Source: an uncultured Bacteroides sp.
Lineage (GTDB): Bacteria; Bacteroidota; Bacteroidia; Bacteroidales; Muribaculaceae
DNA length: 64,000 nt
Reading direction: 5' to 3'
Assembly: GCA_964456545.1 (NCBI GenBank)
Contig: CAYWAM010000001.1
Location: 159,809-223,808 of the forward strand
A program made the position numbers and the translations under genes. The notes beneath the pieces are model-generated. The model saw only the letters and a program-made list of their open reading frames with translations, ran no database searches and was not told the origin of the DNA. Every line of letters begins with the position of its first letter. Within the stretch, counting starts at the first letter, position 1. Positions 37,268 through 45,575 of this stretch are shown here, one piece after another.

Positions 37268-39742
37268 TTAGTAATTGCAAACAATTTCATCTACATAAAG
37301 AGTCGAGCCGGCATATTCTCCGCGCGACAAATTAGCGAAAGGCGGAGGAGTTATCCAATCACCGTCCTTCGTAAGTGCTTCGGGAACGTTGGTCGATAAG
37401 AAGCGAACATATATCTTGGCAATCTTTGCCGAGTTATATGTATATGTCAGCGGCAGTGTCATCTCGGTGTACGCATCGACAGCAGTCAGATTAGTTTCTG
37501 CCTGCGCAATCACATTGCCCGATTCATCTATTGCCTGCACCAATACATTGCCATGGTCAGCCGAATTCTTAGCAGTGTACTTGTAGTAGAATGAAACCGA
37601 CGAGGGGCGCGATGCAAACGCTACACCGCAATCGAGGTCGGTGGTTTCAAGCGAGCCGGCACGTTCGGTATAACCGCTGGGGCGAGCCGTACGATTCGAC
37701 CCAAGGTGAAGTAATCCCGGATCAATTTTTCTAAGCGTAGCCGAACTTCCTACATGGCCAACCGCAGAGTTACCGGAGCCCCAACCCTGGGTTCTGATCG
37801 TCACAGCCTTGCCCGACACTGCATCATCAGTCTGCTTGGTGCCGGAGATACGAACATATGCGTAATCAGCGCCTTCGCTAGTGGTCATGGCGTTGTTAGT
37901 GCCCCAACCCGAGAATATCACATTCTCCCAGTGGCTATCGCTGCCGGCGATGGTCACGTTAGCATCTAAGTTTCCGTTGATTATTTGAGATGCCTCTTCG
38001 GTAGTGAAACTCTTCACTACAGGCTCGGCTGACACTTTGCTACCGTTCTTAATCATGAACGAATAATTAGTAGCGGGTTCAAGGCCTGCAACATGCAGTA
38101 CGAGGTTTGCAGCATCTGCCGTAGTCGGCTTTTCAACAAAGTTTACACCATCGGTCGACACCATCACGGTAGCATTGCCGAGGAGCTGCGCCACGAGAGC
38201 GGCATCACTATCCTTGTCACCGATAGTCACCGGAATATAAGCGTTAGTAGCGAAAGCGTTGGCTGCCTTGTTAGTGGGAATGACCTGCGGATTGCGCTGG
38301 ATAGTGTATTCTGCCGTCTTCAGGTCTTTTACAATTGCAGTGAATGCAAGAGCCTTACTTGCACTAGCCTGATCTACGCTACCTACAATCTTGTACATAT
38401 TATCACCAAGTGATTCGATTGACTCGGGCACAAAATTGCTTTCAGTGCCACGGCTGTTGAGATACTTGAAGGTTACGTACTCAGCGGGGTCGCCTAAATT
38501 AAATTCGAAAGTAAAGGCCAAAGTCGACTCACCCACATAAAGTTCAGGATTGAGCACATCCATCTTCAGAGGCTTGGCGGTAGCTACGAGAGTGACAGTT
38601 TCCGAAAGTTTACCAAACTTATCCTTCACAACGAGTGCAAACGACGATGTGTTGTCGCCGCCATTAAGGTACTCAATGTTGCTCATCACCTCTGTGAGGT
38701 CTACTACTGCCAGTCTGTTGGCATCGCGAGTTACACCGCGAGTCACAAGGCCAAGTTGTGAAAGTTTTGCTTGGATGGACGCGTCGGCATTCGCAAGGTC
38801 TACCTCGGCGGGCCAGCCGTTCGAGAGCAGCGATGCCGACTGAGTGGTCAGCTTAGCCTGCTGCAAACCTCCGCGAGCTATGATATGGAATTTAAGACCA
38901 TCGGCAAAAGCCTGGCCGGGAATAAATTCTAACGATGTTCCCGAAGTGAAGCCAACGGCCGAAAGTTCGGGCGCTGCAGCATTCAGCACTTCGTCGCTAA
39001 TATCTACCTTTATCGGTTCAGCGTTCTCGAGTGTCTCGTCGAATGAGATGACCATGTTTACCGAACCTGCACCATCTTCTACGTCGACAGTGACATGGTA
39101 GTGACGAGCTGCTACAGCTTCGAAACTTGCAGCCGTCAGCTTAGCGCCACTGCCGTTGGGCTTCACAAACTCAACGTTTATCTCTACTTGACCCGGCTTT
39201 ACGTATGCTGGGCGAGTTTCAGTGTCATCAAAGTGGATATCGCGTCCGCTTTCGCTATGTACTTCTGCGCGCCACGAAGTCATGTATTCCTTGAATCCAT
39301 CTGTGTAGTCAATCGACACGAGCGCGCTCGCAACTGTAGCTGTGAGCGACACGTGGGTAGTCTCGCGTTCGCGCACCACAAACTGTGTTTTTCCATAGAA
39401 AGCGGGCGATTCGAAACCTTCGAGATTTTCATCACCATAGAAGGCTTCGAGGGTGTACGAGCCTACACCAAACTTTTGATCAGTCGGGAACACTGTCACA
39501 CTTTCCCAAGTCATCGATGCTGAGCCGTCGGCCGGAGTAAGCTTCAACGACAAATCAGCAGGTGTCACATCTGTATACTCAGCCCTCGACTTACGTCCGG
39601 ACTGCACCGATGCATCGACTTCTGCAGAAAGGGCGATAGAACCCTTGCCGTCATCGAAACCAAGGCCTTCGCCATCGCTACAAGCGACCGAAAGGCTCAG
39701 TACCGACACCGACATGAGACCCTTTAACAATGTTTGTTTCAT
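37268..39742 (-). CDS. Surface lipoprotein, paralog 1 (DUF4493-like N-terminal module, Ig/FN3-like repeats, PCMD-like C-terminal domain)
   Basis: The lipobox is LSVAC-SDGE. The N-terminal module reads GSYTLEAFYGD..FESPAFYGKTQFVV. An FN3-like segment reads VAGLEPATNYSF. The C-terminus is GWGTNNAMTT..SRPSSVSFYYKY..GSTLYVDEIVCNY. Confidence 0.8.
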   Translation of the reverse strand: MKQTLLKGLMSVSVLSLSVACSDGEGLGFDDGKGSIALSAEVDASVQSGRKSRAEYTDVTPADLSLKLTPADGSASMTWESVTVFPTDQKFGVGSYTLEAFYGDENLEGFESPAFYGKTQFVVRERETTHVSLTATVASALVSIDYTDGFKEYMTSWRAEVHSESGRDIHFDDTETRPAYVKPGQVEINVEFVKPNGSGAKLTAASFEAVAARHYHVTVDVEDGAGSVNMVISFDETLENAEPIKVDISDEVLNAAAPELSAVGFTSGTSLEFIPGQAFADGLKFHIIARGGLQQAKLTTQSASLLSNGWPAEVDLANADASIQAKLSQLGLVTRGVTRDANRLAVVDLTEVMSNIEYLNGGDNTSSFALVVKDKFGKLSETVTLVATAKPLKMDVLNPELYVGESTLAFTFEFNLGDPAEYVTFKYLNSRGTESNFVPESIESLGDNMYKIVGSVDQASASKALAFTAIVKDLKTAEYTIQRNPQVIPTNKAANAFATNAYIPVTIGDKDSDAALVAQLLGNATVMVSTDGVNFVEKPTTADAANLVLHVAGLEPATNYSFMIKNGSKVSAEPVVKSFTTEEASQIINGNLDANVTIAGSDSHWENVIFSGWGTNNAMTTSEGADYAYVRISGTKQTDDAVSGKAVTIRTQGWGSGNSAVGHVGSSATLRKIDPGLLHLGSNRTARPSGYTERAGSLETTDLDCGVAFASRPSSVSFYYKYTAKNSADHGNVLVQAIDESGNVIAQAETNLTAVDAYTEMTLPLTYTYNSAKIAKIYVRFLSTNVPEALTKDGDWITPPPFANLSRGEYAGSTLYVDEIVCNY

Positions 39743-39850
39743 CGTGTAATGTTTTTTATTTATTGATTATTGTTATTATTTTCAATTTTGATGTTCTCTG
39801 CAATTAAAATCTAACCAAAATGCGTCGATACACAATTACGCAAATTGATG

Positions 39851-39858
39851 CAAAATTA
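39851..39858 (-). promoter_or_regulatory. -7 promoter box for the three-lipoprotein operon
   Basis: The minus strand reads TAATTTTG, 108 nt upstream of the ATG at 39742. The leader is very AT-rich. Confidence 0.45.
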
Positions 39859-39968
39859 GCAATTATTTTGGAGAAAATTGCACTTTTAGGTCAATTTCTT
39901 GAGCGAAATAAGACATAACGACCAACTCTTAACCCAAAAAAACGACTACACACCTTCAAAACAAACAA

Positions 39969-40026
39969 GCGCCCCACCGTCGACATGAACACATCTGATT
40001 CGAGCGCACAGTCGGCAGTGGGGTGC
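39969..40026 (-). terminator. Imperfect long-loop hairpin downstream of the TonB-dependent receptor
   Basis: CCCCACCGTCGAC (39972-39984) pairs with GTCGGCAGTGGGG (40011-40023), giving 11 Watson-Crick pairs of 13 positions plus one wobble. On the minus strand it is followed by UUGUUUGUUUUG. Confidence 0.4.
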
Positions 40027-40052
40027 AAGTGAAAGTATCTAAACCAGCAGCG

Positions 40053-42350
40053 TCAGATTGACACGGCAACTGAAGCCGTCAAACTACGAGGTAGCGACGG
40101 ACCATAGACATAGCCACTATCGCGTAAATAACCTTGGTCAAAATCATCTTGATAGCTATCGAACACATTAACGACTCCTAAGCCAAATTCGCAATTTACG
40201 TGCCCCAACAATCGACGCGTGTATGTAAGTTTTACACTCATATCGAAAAATGTAGGTGTGCGCTTAGCCACATCAATATCTGTCCCCGACCCTGCTATGT
40301 GTTGTACCGTCATAGGTCCTGTCAGTGTACCGGCAAATACAGCCTTAAGCGAATGAATAATCTCCCAGTTGGCCGTAAAATAGCCATATACATCAGGCGT
40401 GCGGAACATTCGCTTCACTGAAGGCACTGAAGGGTCGTCGCTCCATGCCTCAGGTTGCTTATAACGCGAACTTTGCAGCGTTACACCGGCTTGCACGTCG
40501 AAGTGCGACGAGAAGTAGGCCTTTGCCTCAATATTCATACCGAACACACGGGCACCGGAGCCGTTGTAGCGCTCAAGCACGGCATTGCCAGCCGCATCAG
40601 CCTCTTCAAGACGACGCAGAGCGAAGACATCGCTCAAGTCAGTGTAAAAACCTTCAATCAGAAGGTTGGTCTGCACCTGTCCGAATCGATGGTAAAAATC
40701 GCCCGACAGGCTAAAGCTGTTGCTACTTTCCTGCTTGAGGTCGGGTGCTAGAATGGTGACTACGCGGTCGCCTCCGACGATGGCTACGTGGAGGTCTTCA
40801 TCATAGGTTTGCGGCGCACGGAAGCCGGTCGAATACGAAGCTCGCAGATTGACACTTTCGGCAGGATTAAAGCGAATATTAGCTCGAGGCGACACGACAG
40901 CATCGTCGAGAAGCGAGTGCTTATCAACGCGAGCACCGACAAGAAATCCCCAACGCTCATCGCGCCATTCATTCTGTAAGAATGCACTGTAAATATTTAC
41001 GTTTTGCTTCAGATTGTGGTCATATCCGACCGTAACGTCGTGCAAACGATTGAACGAATAGTCGGCTCCGCAAACAAGTTCTGAAGGCATAAAAAGTAGA
41101 TAACTGAAAGGATGTGTCCACTGAGCACCGGTGTTTACAACCACATCGCTAGTGCGACCATACGCATCTGGATCCATTTCGCTACCATAATAACTTGTAC
41201 GGCGAGTCGACTGTGTAGCAGCAAACAGAGCCACATGGTCGGTATGATTGCGAGGCCACAGGTCAAGGGTCGCTTCGAAAGCATTGATATTGTGATCGGC
41301 CTGCTCGGCAACCATAGCCATATGAGCCGGCTCCTTCAGATTGTCGCCACCTCGACGGTATTCGTGCGTGTTATGATACTCGACCGACAAACGCGATGCA
41401 TCGCCAGGGCGAAAAAACGCACGTGCGCCGAGTGTCTGCGACTTCAGCTGCGTCACTTCTGTGAAGCCGTCGCCATCGTGGTCGTAGCCGTCGCGCGAGC
41501 GACTTTGTCCAAAGATAAATATACCGGCACGGTTATTATCACTTACCACCGACGCATTCATAGTCGTGTTGTTATCGAGGTCTCCGGAGACACCGATTGA
41601 AGAAATCTGGTGAGTCACACGTGCTGAATTTGTCACCGGGTCACGTGTGATAATGTTGATAGTACCACCAACAGCCGACGAACCAAACAGGGCCGAGCCT
41701 CCGCCACGCATCACCTCGACACGCTCAATCATATTAGCAGGTATGTGTTCCAAGCCATATACACCGGCGAGTGCCGAAAACACCGGACGCGAATTCATCA
41801 GAATCTGCGAATAGTGTCCGTCAAGGCCATTAATACGCACTTGAGTAAAGCCACAGTTTTGACAATCGTTTTCGACACGCACACCGGGCTGCAAACTCAA
41901 GCCATCGGCAAGAGAGCAGGCTCCAATTGCATCAAAAATCTTGCCGGGAGTCACATTGACGAGCGACGGGCTCAGTCGGCGCACCTGGTCGCTCTTCGAT
42001 GAAGTCACCACAACTTGGTCAAGCATAAACGCGTCGGGGACTGCCTCGAAATTGAGTTCGAAAGTCTGGCCGGCCGACACTGAGACCGTCTTGGTCTGGG
42101 TTTTGAAACCGATACATGAAGCCTCAACACTATATGTGCCGGGCTTAAGGTCGCTAAGTATGTAGTGCCCGGAATCGTCGGTCATTGTACCCAGGCGTAT
42201 ATCTTTGATTTGTACGAGGTAGTATGGAATATGCTCGCCCGTCTCGGCGTCAATCACATGTCCGGCAATATGAGCATCACCGACTATAGGCTGCGCAAAT
42301 GCGCTAACAGCAACAACGGCACACGCTGCTGCCAAAAATCTTTTCAGCAT
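40053..42350 (-). CDS. TonB-dependent receptor with an N-terminal carboxypeptidase-regulatory-like domain
   Basis: The signal peptide is MLKRFLAAACAVVAVSAFAQ. The CarboxypepD_reg-like segment is GHVIDAETGEHIPYYLVQI..DDSGHYILSDLKPGTYSVEAS. The plug region is LQPGVRVENDCQNCGFTQVRINGLDG..ERVEVMRGGGSALFGS. A long beta-barrel follows. The track start at 42389 is TTG, so I chose the ATG at 42350. Confidence 0.9.
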   Translation of the reverse strand: MLKRFLAAACAVVAVSAFAQPIVGDAHIAGHVIDAETGEHIPYYLVQIKDIRLGTMTDDSGHYILSDLKPGTYSVEASCIGFKTQTKTVSVSAGQTFELNFEAVPDAFMLDQVVVTSSKSDQVRRLSPSLVNVTPGKIFDAIGACSLADGLSLQPGVRVENDCQNCGFTQVRINGLDGHYSQILMNSRPVFSALAGVYGLEHIPANMIERVEVMRGGGSALFGSSAVGGTINIITRDPVTNSARVTHQISSIGVSGDLDNNTTMNASVVSDNNRAGIFIFGQSRSRDGYDHDGDGFTEVTQLKSQTLGARAFFRPGDASRLSVEYHNTHEYRRGGDNLKEPAHMAMVAEQADHNINAFEATLDLWPRNHTDHVALFAATQSTRRTSYYGSEMDPDAYGRTSDVVVNTGAQWTHPFSYLLFMPSELVCGADYSFNRLHDVTVGYDHNLKQNVNIYSAFLQNEWRDERWGFLVGARVDKHSLLDDAVVSPRANIRFNPAESVNLRASYSTGFRAPQTYDEDLHVAIVGGDRVVTILAPDLKQESSNSFSLSGDFYHRFGQVQTNLLIEGFYTDLSDVFALRRLEEADAAGNAVLERYNGSGARVFGMNIEAKAYFSSHFDVQAGVTLQSSRYKQPEAWSDDPSVPSVKRMFRTPDVYGYFTANWEIIHSLKAVFAGTLTGPMTVQHIAGSGTDIDVAKRTPTFFDMSVKLTYTRRLLGHVNCEFGLGVVNVFDSYQDDFDQGYLRDSGYVYGPSLPRSLTASVAVSI

Positions 42351-42445
42351 TAAATAAATATTGGTTGGTTTGTGAATACTTGCGCGCAATCAATCACTTG
42401 ATGACGACACAATAAGAAGAAATAGATAATTTTTTTAATAGGTAA

Positions 42446-42793
42446 TCACAAACCGGCCGGAGGACCTCGCAAGACATTAACGACCATCACCTCGACCAAC
42501 GTTCGAGCTGCATCGAAGTCGGAGCACATTATTTCCAACTCATGCATGAACGGCTGCACTGATTCGACGACAGACAACTCAAAACCGGCAGCCATATTAT
42601 TAGCTTGTGCTATACTACCGGCATGCGAACCCGAATGGCTATGCTGCGACGAAGGTACGTAGGGATGTGAGTGCGTAACTTGCGAGCCATCGTCAAGCGT
42701 ATGAGTATGCATAAAAGTTGCATTCGAAAACACAAGGTTTACGAACACGACAAGTATTGCTATGCTAAACAAACGCTTAAAGAGCTCTTTCAC
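42446..42793 (-). CDS. Small membrane-anchored His-rich protein (hypothetical)
   Basis: The 115-aa ORF starts at GTG. The N-terminal hydrophobic anchor is LFSIAILVVFVNLVF. Next comes FMHTHTLDDGSQVTHSHPYVPSSQHSHSGSH, with 7 His in about 30 residues. It lies 95 nt upstream of the TBDR ATG on the same strand. Confidence 0.55.
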   Translation of the reverse strand: MKELFKRLFSIAILVVFVNLVFSNATFMHTHTLDDGSQVTHSHPYVPSSQHSHSGSHAGSIAQANNMAAGFELSVVESVQPFMHELEIMCSDFDAARTLVEVMVVNVLRGPPAGL

Positions 42794-42797
42794 ACTG

Positions 42798-42805
42798 CAA
42801 AATTA
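42798..42805 (-). promoter_or_regulatory. -7-like box immediately upstream of the His-rich ORF
   Basis: The minus strand reads TAATTTTG only 4 nt before the GTG start. That is unusually close, implying a leaderless transcript or a different start. Confidence 0.35.
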
Positions 42806-42885
42806 CGTATTTTTTTGCTAGAATGCAACCTTTGTACCACGGCGAGCGTTATTCCGTATAGAAAATGTAAGCAAAATAATCAATT

Positions 42886-42967
42886 TTCGGCTTCGAAGCG
42901 CTTCGGCCGAACATTCTCCTCCCTCCTTAGCAAGCGAAAGCGGCATGGTCCGAACCACGCCGCTTTC
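42886..42967 (-). terminator. Two tandem hairpins downstream of hisS
   Basis: The first hairpin, at 42936-42967, pairs GAAAGCGGC with GCCGCTTTC (9 bp). The second, at 42886-42911, pairs TTCGGC..CGAA with TTCG..GCCGAA (about 10 bp) and is followed on the minus strand by AAAUUGAUUAUUUUG. Confidence 0.55.
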
Positions 42968-42988
42968 TATATAGACTTTGTAAATCTT

Positions 42989-44350
42989 TTACTTAATGTG
43001 AGCTGCAGCTTCTGACACAGGTACGGTGACTTGTGTGCCTTCGGCCATGTTTTTGATTGTAACGGTTCCGGCTGCAGCTTCGGCCTCGCCTATGATTGCT
43101 ACATAAGGAATAGCCGCATTGTTGGCATAGGTCATCTGCTTCTTAAGCTTAGTAGAGTCGGGATATAGCTCGCAACTAATTCCGGCTGCGCGAAGCACCT
43201 TGACAGCGCGCAGCGAAGCTGCAGCTTCCGACGGGCCGAAGTTGACAAACATCACCTGCGATGAAGCACCAAGACGCTCGGGATAAAGGTTTAGACCATT
43301 GAGCACATCGTAGATGCGATCAGCGCCAAACGAGATACCAACACCCGAAAGGCCGGGCATACCGAATACGCCGGTAAGGTTATCGTAGCGACCACCACCG
43401 GTGATTGAACCTATAGCAAAATCGAGCGCTTTTACCTCGATAATAGTGCCGGTATAGTAGTTAAGACCACGAGCAAGCGACACATCGAGTTCGAGGTCGG
43501 CTTCAAGGCCAAGGGCTTGTGTTGACTCTATCACAAAGCGCAATTCTTCTACGCCTTTAGTACCGGTTTCTGATGAAGCCAGCAGTGTGGCTAGACGCTC
43601 AAGGCGCTCAGTCGGTGTACCTGAAATCTGCAAAATTGGAGTCAATGCGGCTATCGATTCGTCGCTCAGACCACGCTCTGACAATTCTTCATTGACTTTT
43701 TCGAGGCCAATCTTATCGATTTTGTCTATTGCCACAGTAATATCAATCATCTTGTCGGGCGCTCCGATAAATTCGGCGATACCGGCAAGCACTTTGCGAT
43801 TGTTGAGCTTGATGCTGATACGCACCTTGAGGCGGCGGAATACTTCATCGATTAGCTGAAGGAGTTCAACCTCATTGAGCAGCGAATCGCTGCCTACTAC
43901 ATCGGCATCGCACTGATAAAACTCGCGATAGCGGCCTTTCTGCGGACGGTCGGCGCGCCACACGGGTTGAATCTGGAAGCGACGGAAGGGCATCTGAATA
44001 TCGTTGCGATGCTGAACCACAAAGCGCGCAAACGGCACTGTAAGGTCGTAGCGGAGTCCCTTGTCAGAAATCTGCGGAGTGAGCTTCACGAAGCTTTCTT
44101 CATTAAGCAGATTCGGATTGACGCCGGCCAGATAGTTGCCGGAATTCAGAATCTTAAAAAGCAGTTTGTCGCCCTCCTCGCCGTATTTGCCCATCAGGGT
44201 CGAGAGGTTTTCCATCGCCGGAGTTTCAATCTGATGATAGCCGAAGAGGTGGAAAACGTCGCGAATAGTATCGAAGATATAGTTGCGGCGCGCCATCTCG
44301 GCCGGGCTGAAATCGCGCGTTCCTTTAGGTATGGAGGGTTTCTGTGCCAT
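42989..44350 (-). CDS. hisS: Histidine--tRNA ligase
   Basis: [60 protein letters not shown] are class II HisRS motifs. Confidence 0.96.
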   Translation of the reverse strand: MAQKPSIPKGTRDFSPAEMARRNYIFDTIRDVFHLFGYHQIETPAMENLSTLMGKYGEEGDKLLFKILNSGNYLAGVNPNLLNEESFVKLTPQISDKGLRYDLTVPFARFVVQHRNDIQMPFRRFQIQPVWRADRPQKGRYREFYQCDADVVGSDSLLNEVELLQLIDEVFRRLKVRISIKLNNRKVLAGIAEFIGAPDKMIDITVAIDKIDKIGLEKVNEELSERGLSDESIAALTPILQISGTPTERLERLATLLASSETGTKGVEELRFVIESTQALGLEADLELDVSLARGLNYYTGTIIEVKALDFAIGSITGGGRYDNLTGVFGMPGLSGVGISFGADRIYDVLNGLNLYPERLGASSQVMFVNFGPSEAAASLRAVKVLRAAGISCELYPDSTKLKKQMTYANNAAIPYVAIIGEAEAAAGTVTIKNMAEGTQVTVPVSEAAAHIK

Positions 44351-44382
44351 TTTATGATTATGTTTTCTGTTGCTTTTGACTG

Positions 44383-44390
44383 CAAAGTTA
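44383..44390 (-). promoter_or_regulatory. -7 promoter box for hisS
   Basis: The minus strand reads TAACTTTG, in the context GTTAACTTTGCAGTC, 32 nt upstream of the ATG. Confidence 0.55.
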
Positions 44391-44453
44391 ACAAATCCCC
44401 GCGAAATGTCGCTGATTGTTGGCTTGAAATTTGCTATTTCAGTCGCAGATGCC

Positions 44454-44461
44454 TAATTTTG
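44454..44461 (+). promoter_or_regulatory. -7 promoter box for the GT4 gene
   Basis: TAATTTTG lies 16 nt upstream of the ATG at 44478. Confidence 0.45.
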
Positions 44462-44477
44462 TTGCTAAATTTAAGCT

Positions 44478-45428
44478 ATGCCGTTTTACTTAACAGCTCT
44501 GATGATTCTTTACGGTGTTGAGATTATCTATCTCCGCATCGCAGGATACAACGAGGCGAGTCTTCAACGCCCCGTCGAACGGTCGTCGCATAAGCAGCCG
44601 ACAATCACCGGTGGTGGCTGCATCTTTTACTTTGCAGCATTAGCTGCGATATACATCTCGTCATGGCAGCATGCAACATTCTTCGCCGGAGGCCTATCGA
44701 TAGCAGCAATTGTCAGTTTCATTGATGATTTCAAGCCACTAGGAGTGTGTGTGCGACTATTAGCACAACTTACTAGTGTACTGTTAATACTCTGGAGTAT
44801 CAGTGGCTTTGCCGAATCGCCTACTTGGCTATGGTTTGCAACCGTACCAGTGGCCATAGCCTATCTAAATGCATTCAACTTCATGGATGGCATCAACGGC
44901 ATCACAGCCGCCTACTCGGCTGCGTTGCTTGCCACGCTGATATTTCTCAATAGAGTCTTAAACTTTACCGAGCCGTTGCTGCCTGAGCTTGTGCTATGCG
45001 CAGTAGCAGTCTTTGGCTACTTCAACTTTCGCCGCCGTGCCATATGTTTCGCAGGCGACGTCGGAGCTATTTCGATTGCAGTCATCACTCTCTATCTGCT
45101 TATATCGCTGATGATAGCCACTGAATCGATATGGTGGATTGTATTTGTGGCCGTCTACGGCGTGGACACAGCGCTGACAATTGTACGTCGCATCATTCGT
45201 CGCGAAAACATCTTCAAGGCTCACCGCCTACACCTTTATCAATATCTTTCGAACGAGTGTGGTATACGACATACTACCGTAGCTGCCGGCTACGCCATCT
45301 TGCAACTTGTAATCAACCTGGGCGCATGGTTAGCTCGCGACTTTGCTGCAACGTATTTCATCGCAGTCATCGCCCTACTCTGCGGCGCATATATCGCAAT
45401 CACCGTCCACGCCACTCGCCGCGTCTGA
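44478..45428 (+). CDS. MraY/WecA-family (GT4) polyprenyl-phosphate N-acetylhexosamine-1-phosphate transferase
   Basis: This is a polytopic membrane protein carrying NAFNFMDGINGITA, the MraY/WecA family signature. Confidence 0.88.
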   Translation: MPFYLTALMILYGVEIIYLRIAGYNEASLQRPVERSSHKQPTITGGGCIFYFAALAAIYISSWQHATFFAGGLSIAAIVSFIDDFKPLGVCVRLLAQLTSVLLILWSISGFAESPTWLWFATVPVAIAYLNAFNFMDGINGITAAYSAALLATLIFLNRVLNFTEPLLPELVLCAVAVFGYFNFRRRAICFAGDVGAISIAVITLYLLISLMIATESIWWIVFVAVYGVDTALTIVRRIIRRENIFKAHRLHLYQYLSNECGIRHTTVAAGYAILQLVINLGAWLARDFAATYFIAVIALLCGAYIAITVHATRRV

Positions 45429-45518
45429 TGGCTCAAAAGGCTCGGAGCTGCCACATTTTTCGACTTTTGTTGCTTTTCTTCAACTTCCCCTTCTAAGCAA
45501 CGTAATTCACATTGATGC

Positions 45519-45555
45519 AAAAAGCGCTGCAGCTTTGTCGGCTGCAGCGCTTTTT
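45519..45555. terminator. Bidirectional intrinsic terminator between the convergent GT4 gene and pullulanase
   Basis: An A5 run, a perfect 10-bp stem GCGCTGCAGC-tttgtcg-GCTGCAGCGC, then a T5 run. Confidence 0.8.
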
Positions 45556-45575
45556 GTGTAATGTCGCTTTTGATT

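Noticed and set aside
39820-39918. 32-codon plus-strand sORF (MRRYTITQIDAKLAIILEKIALLGQFLERNKT) in the 310-nt gap between the receptor and the lipoprotein operon
   Set aside because: It lies on the opposite strand, across the predicted minus-strand promoter, in very AT-rich DNA where chance ORFs of this size are common. There is no promoter box in front of it. It would only be worth revisiting if Ribo-seq shows occupancy.
42794-42988. Possible riboswitch or leader upstream of the His-rich ORF and TonB-dependent receptor
   Set aside because: The two hairpins there sit directly after the hisS stop and are best explained as hisS terminators. The remaining roughly 80 nt are AT-rich and show no conserved-looking multi-stem structure.
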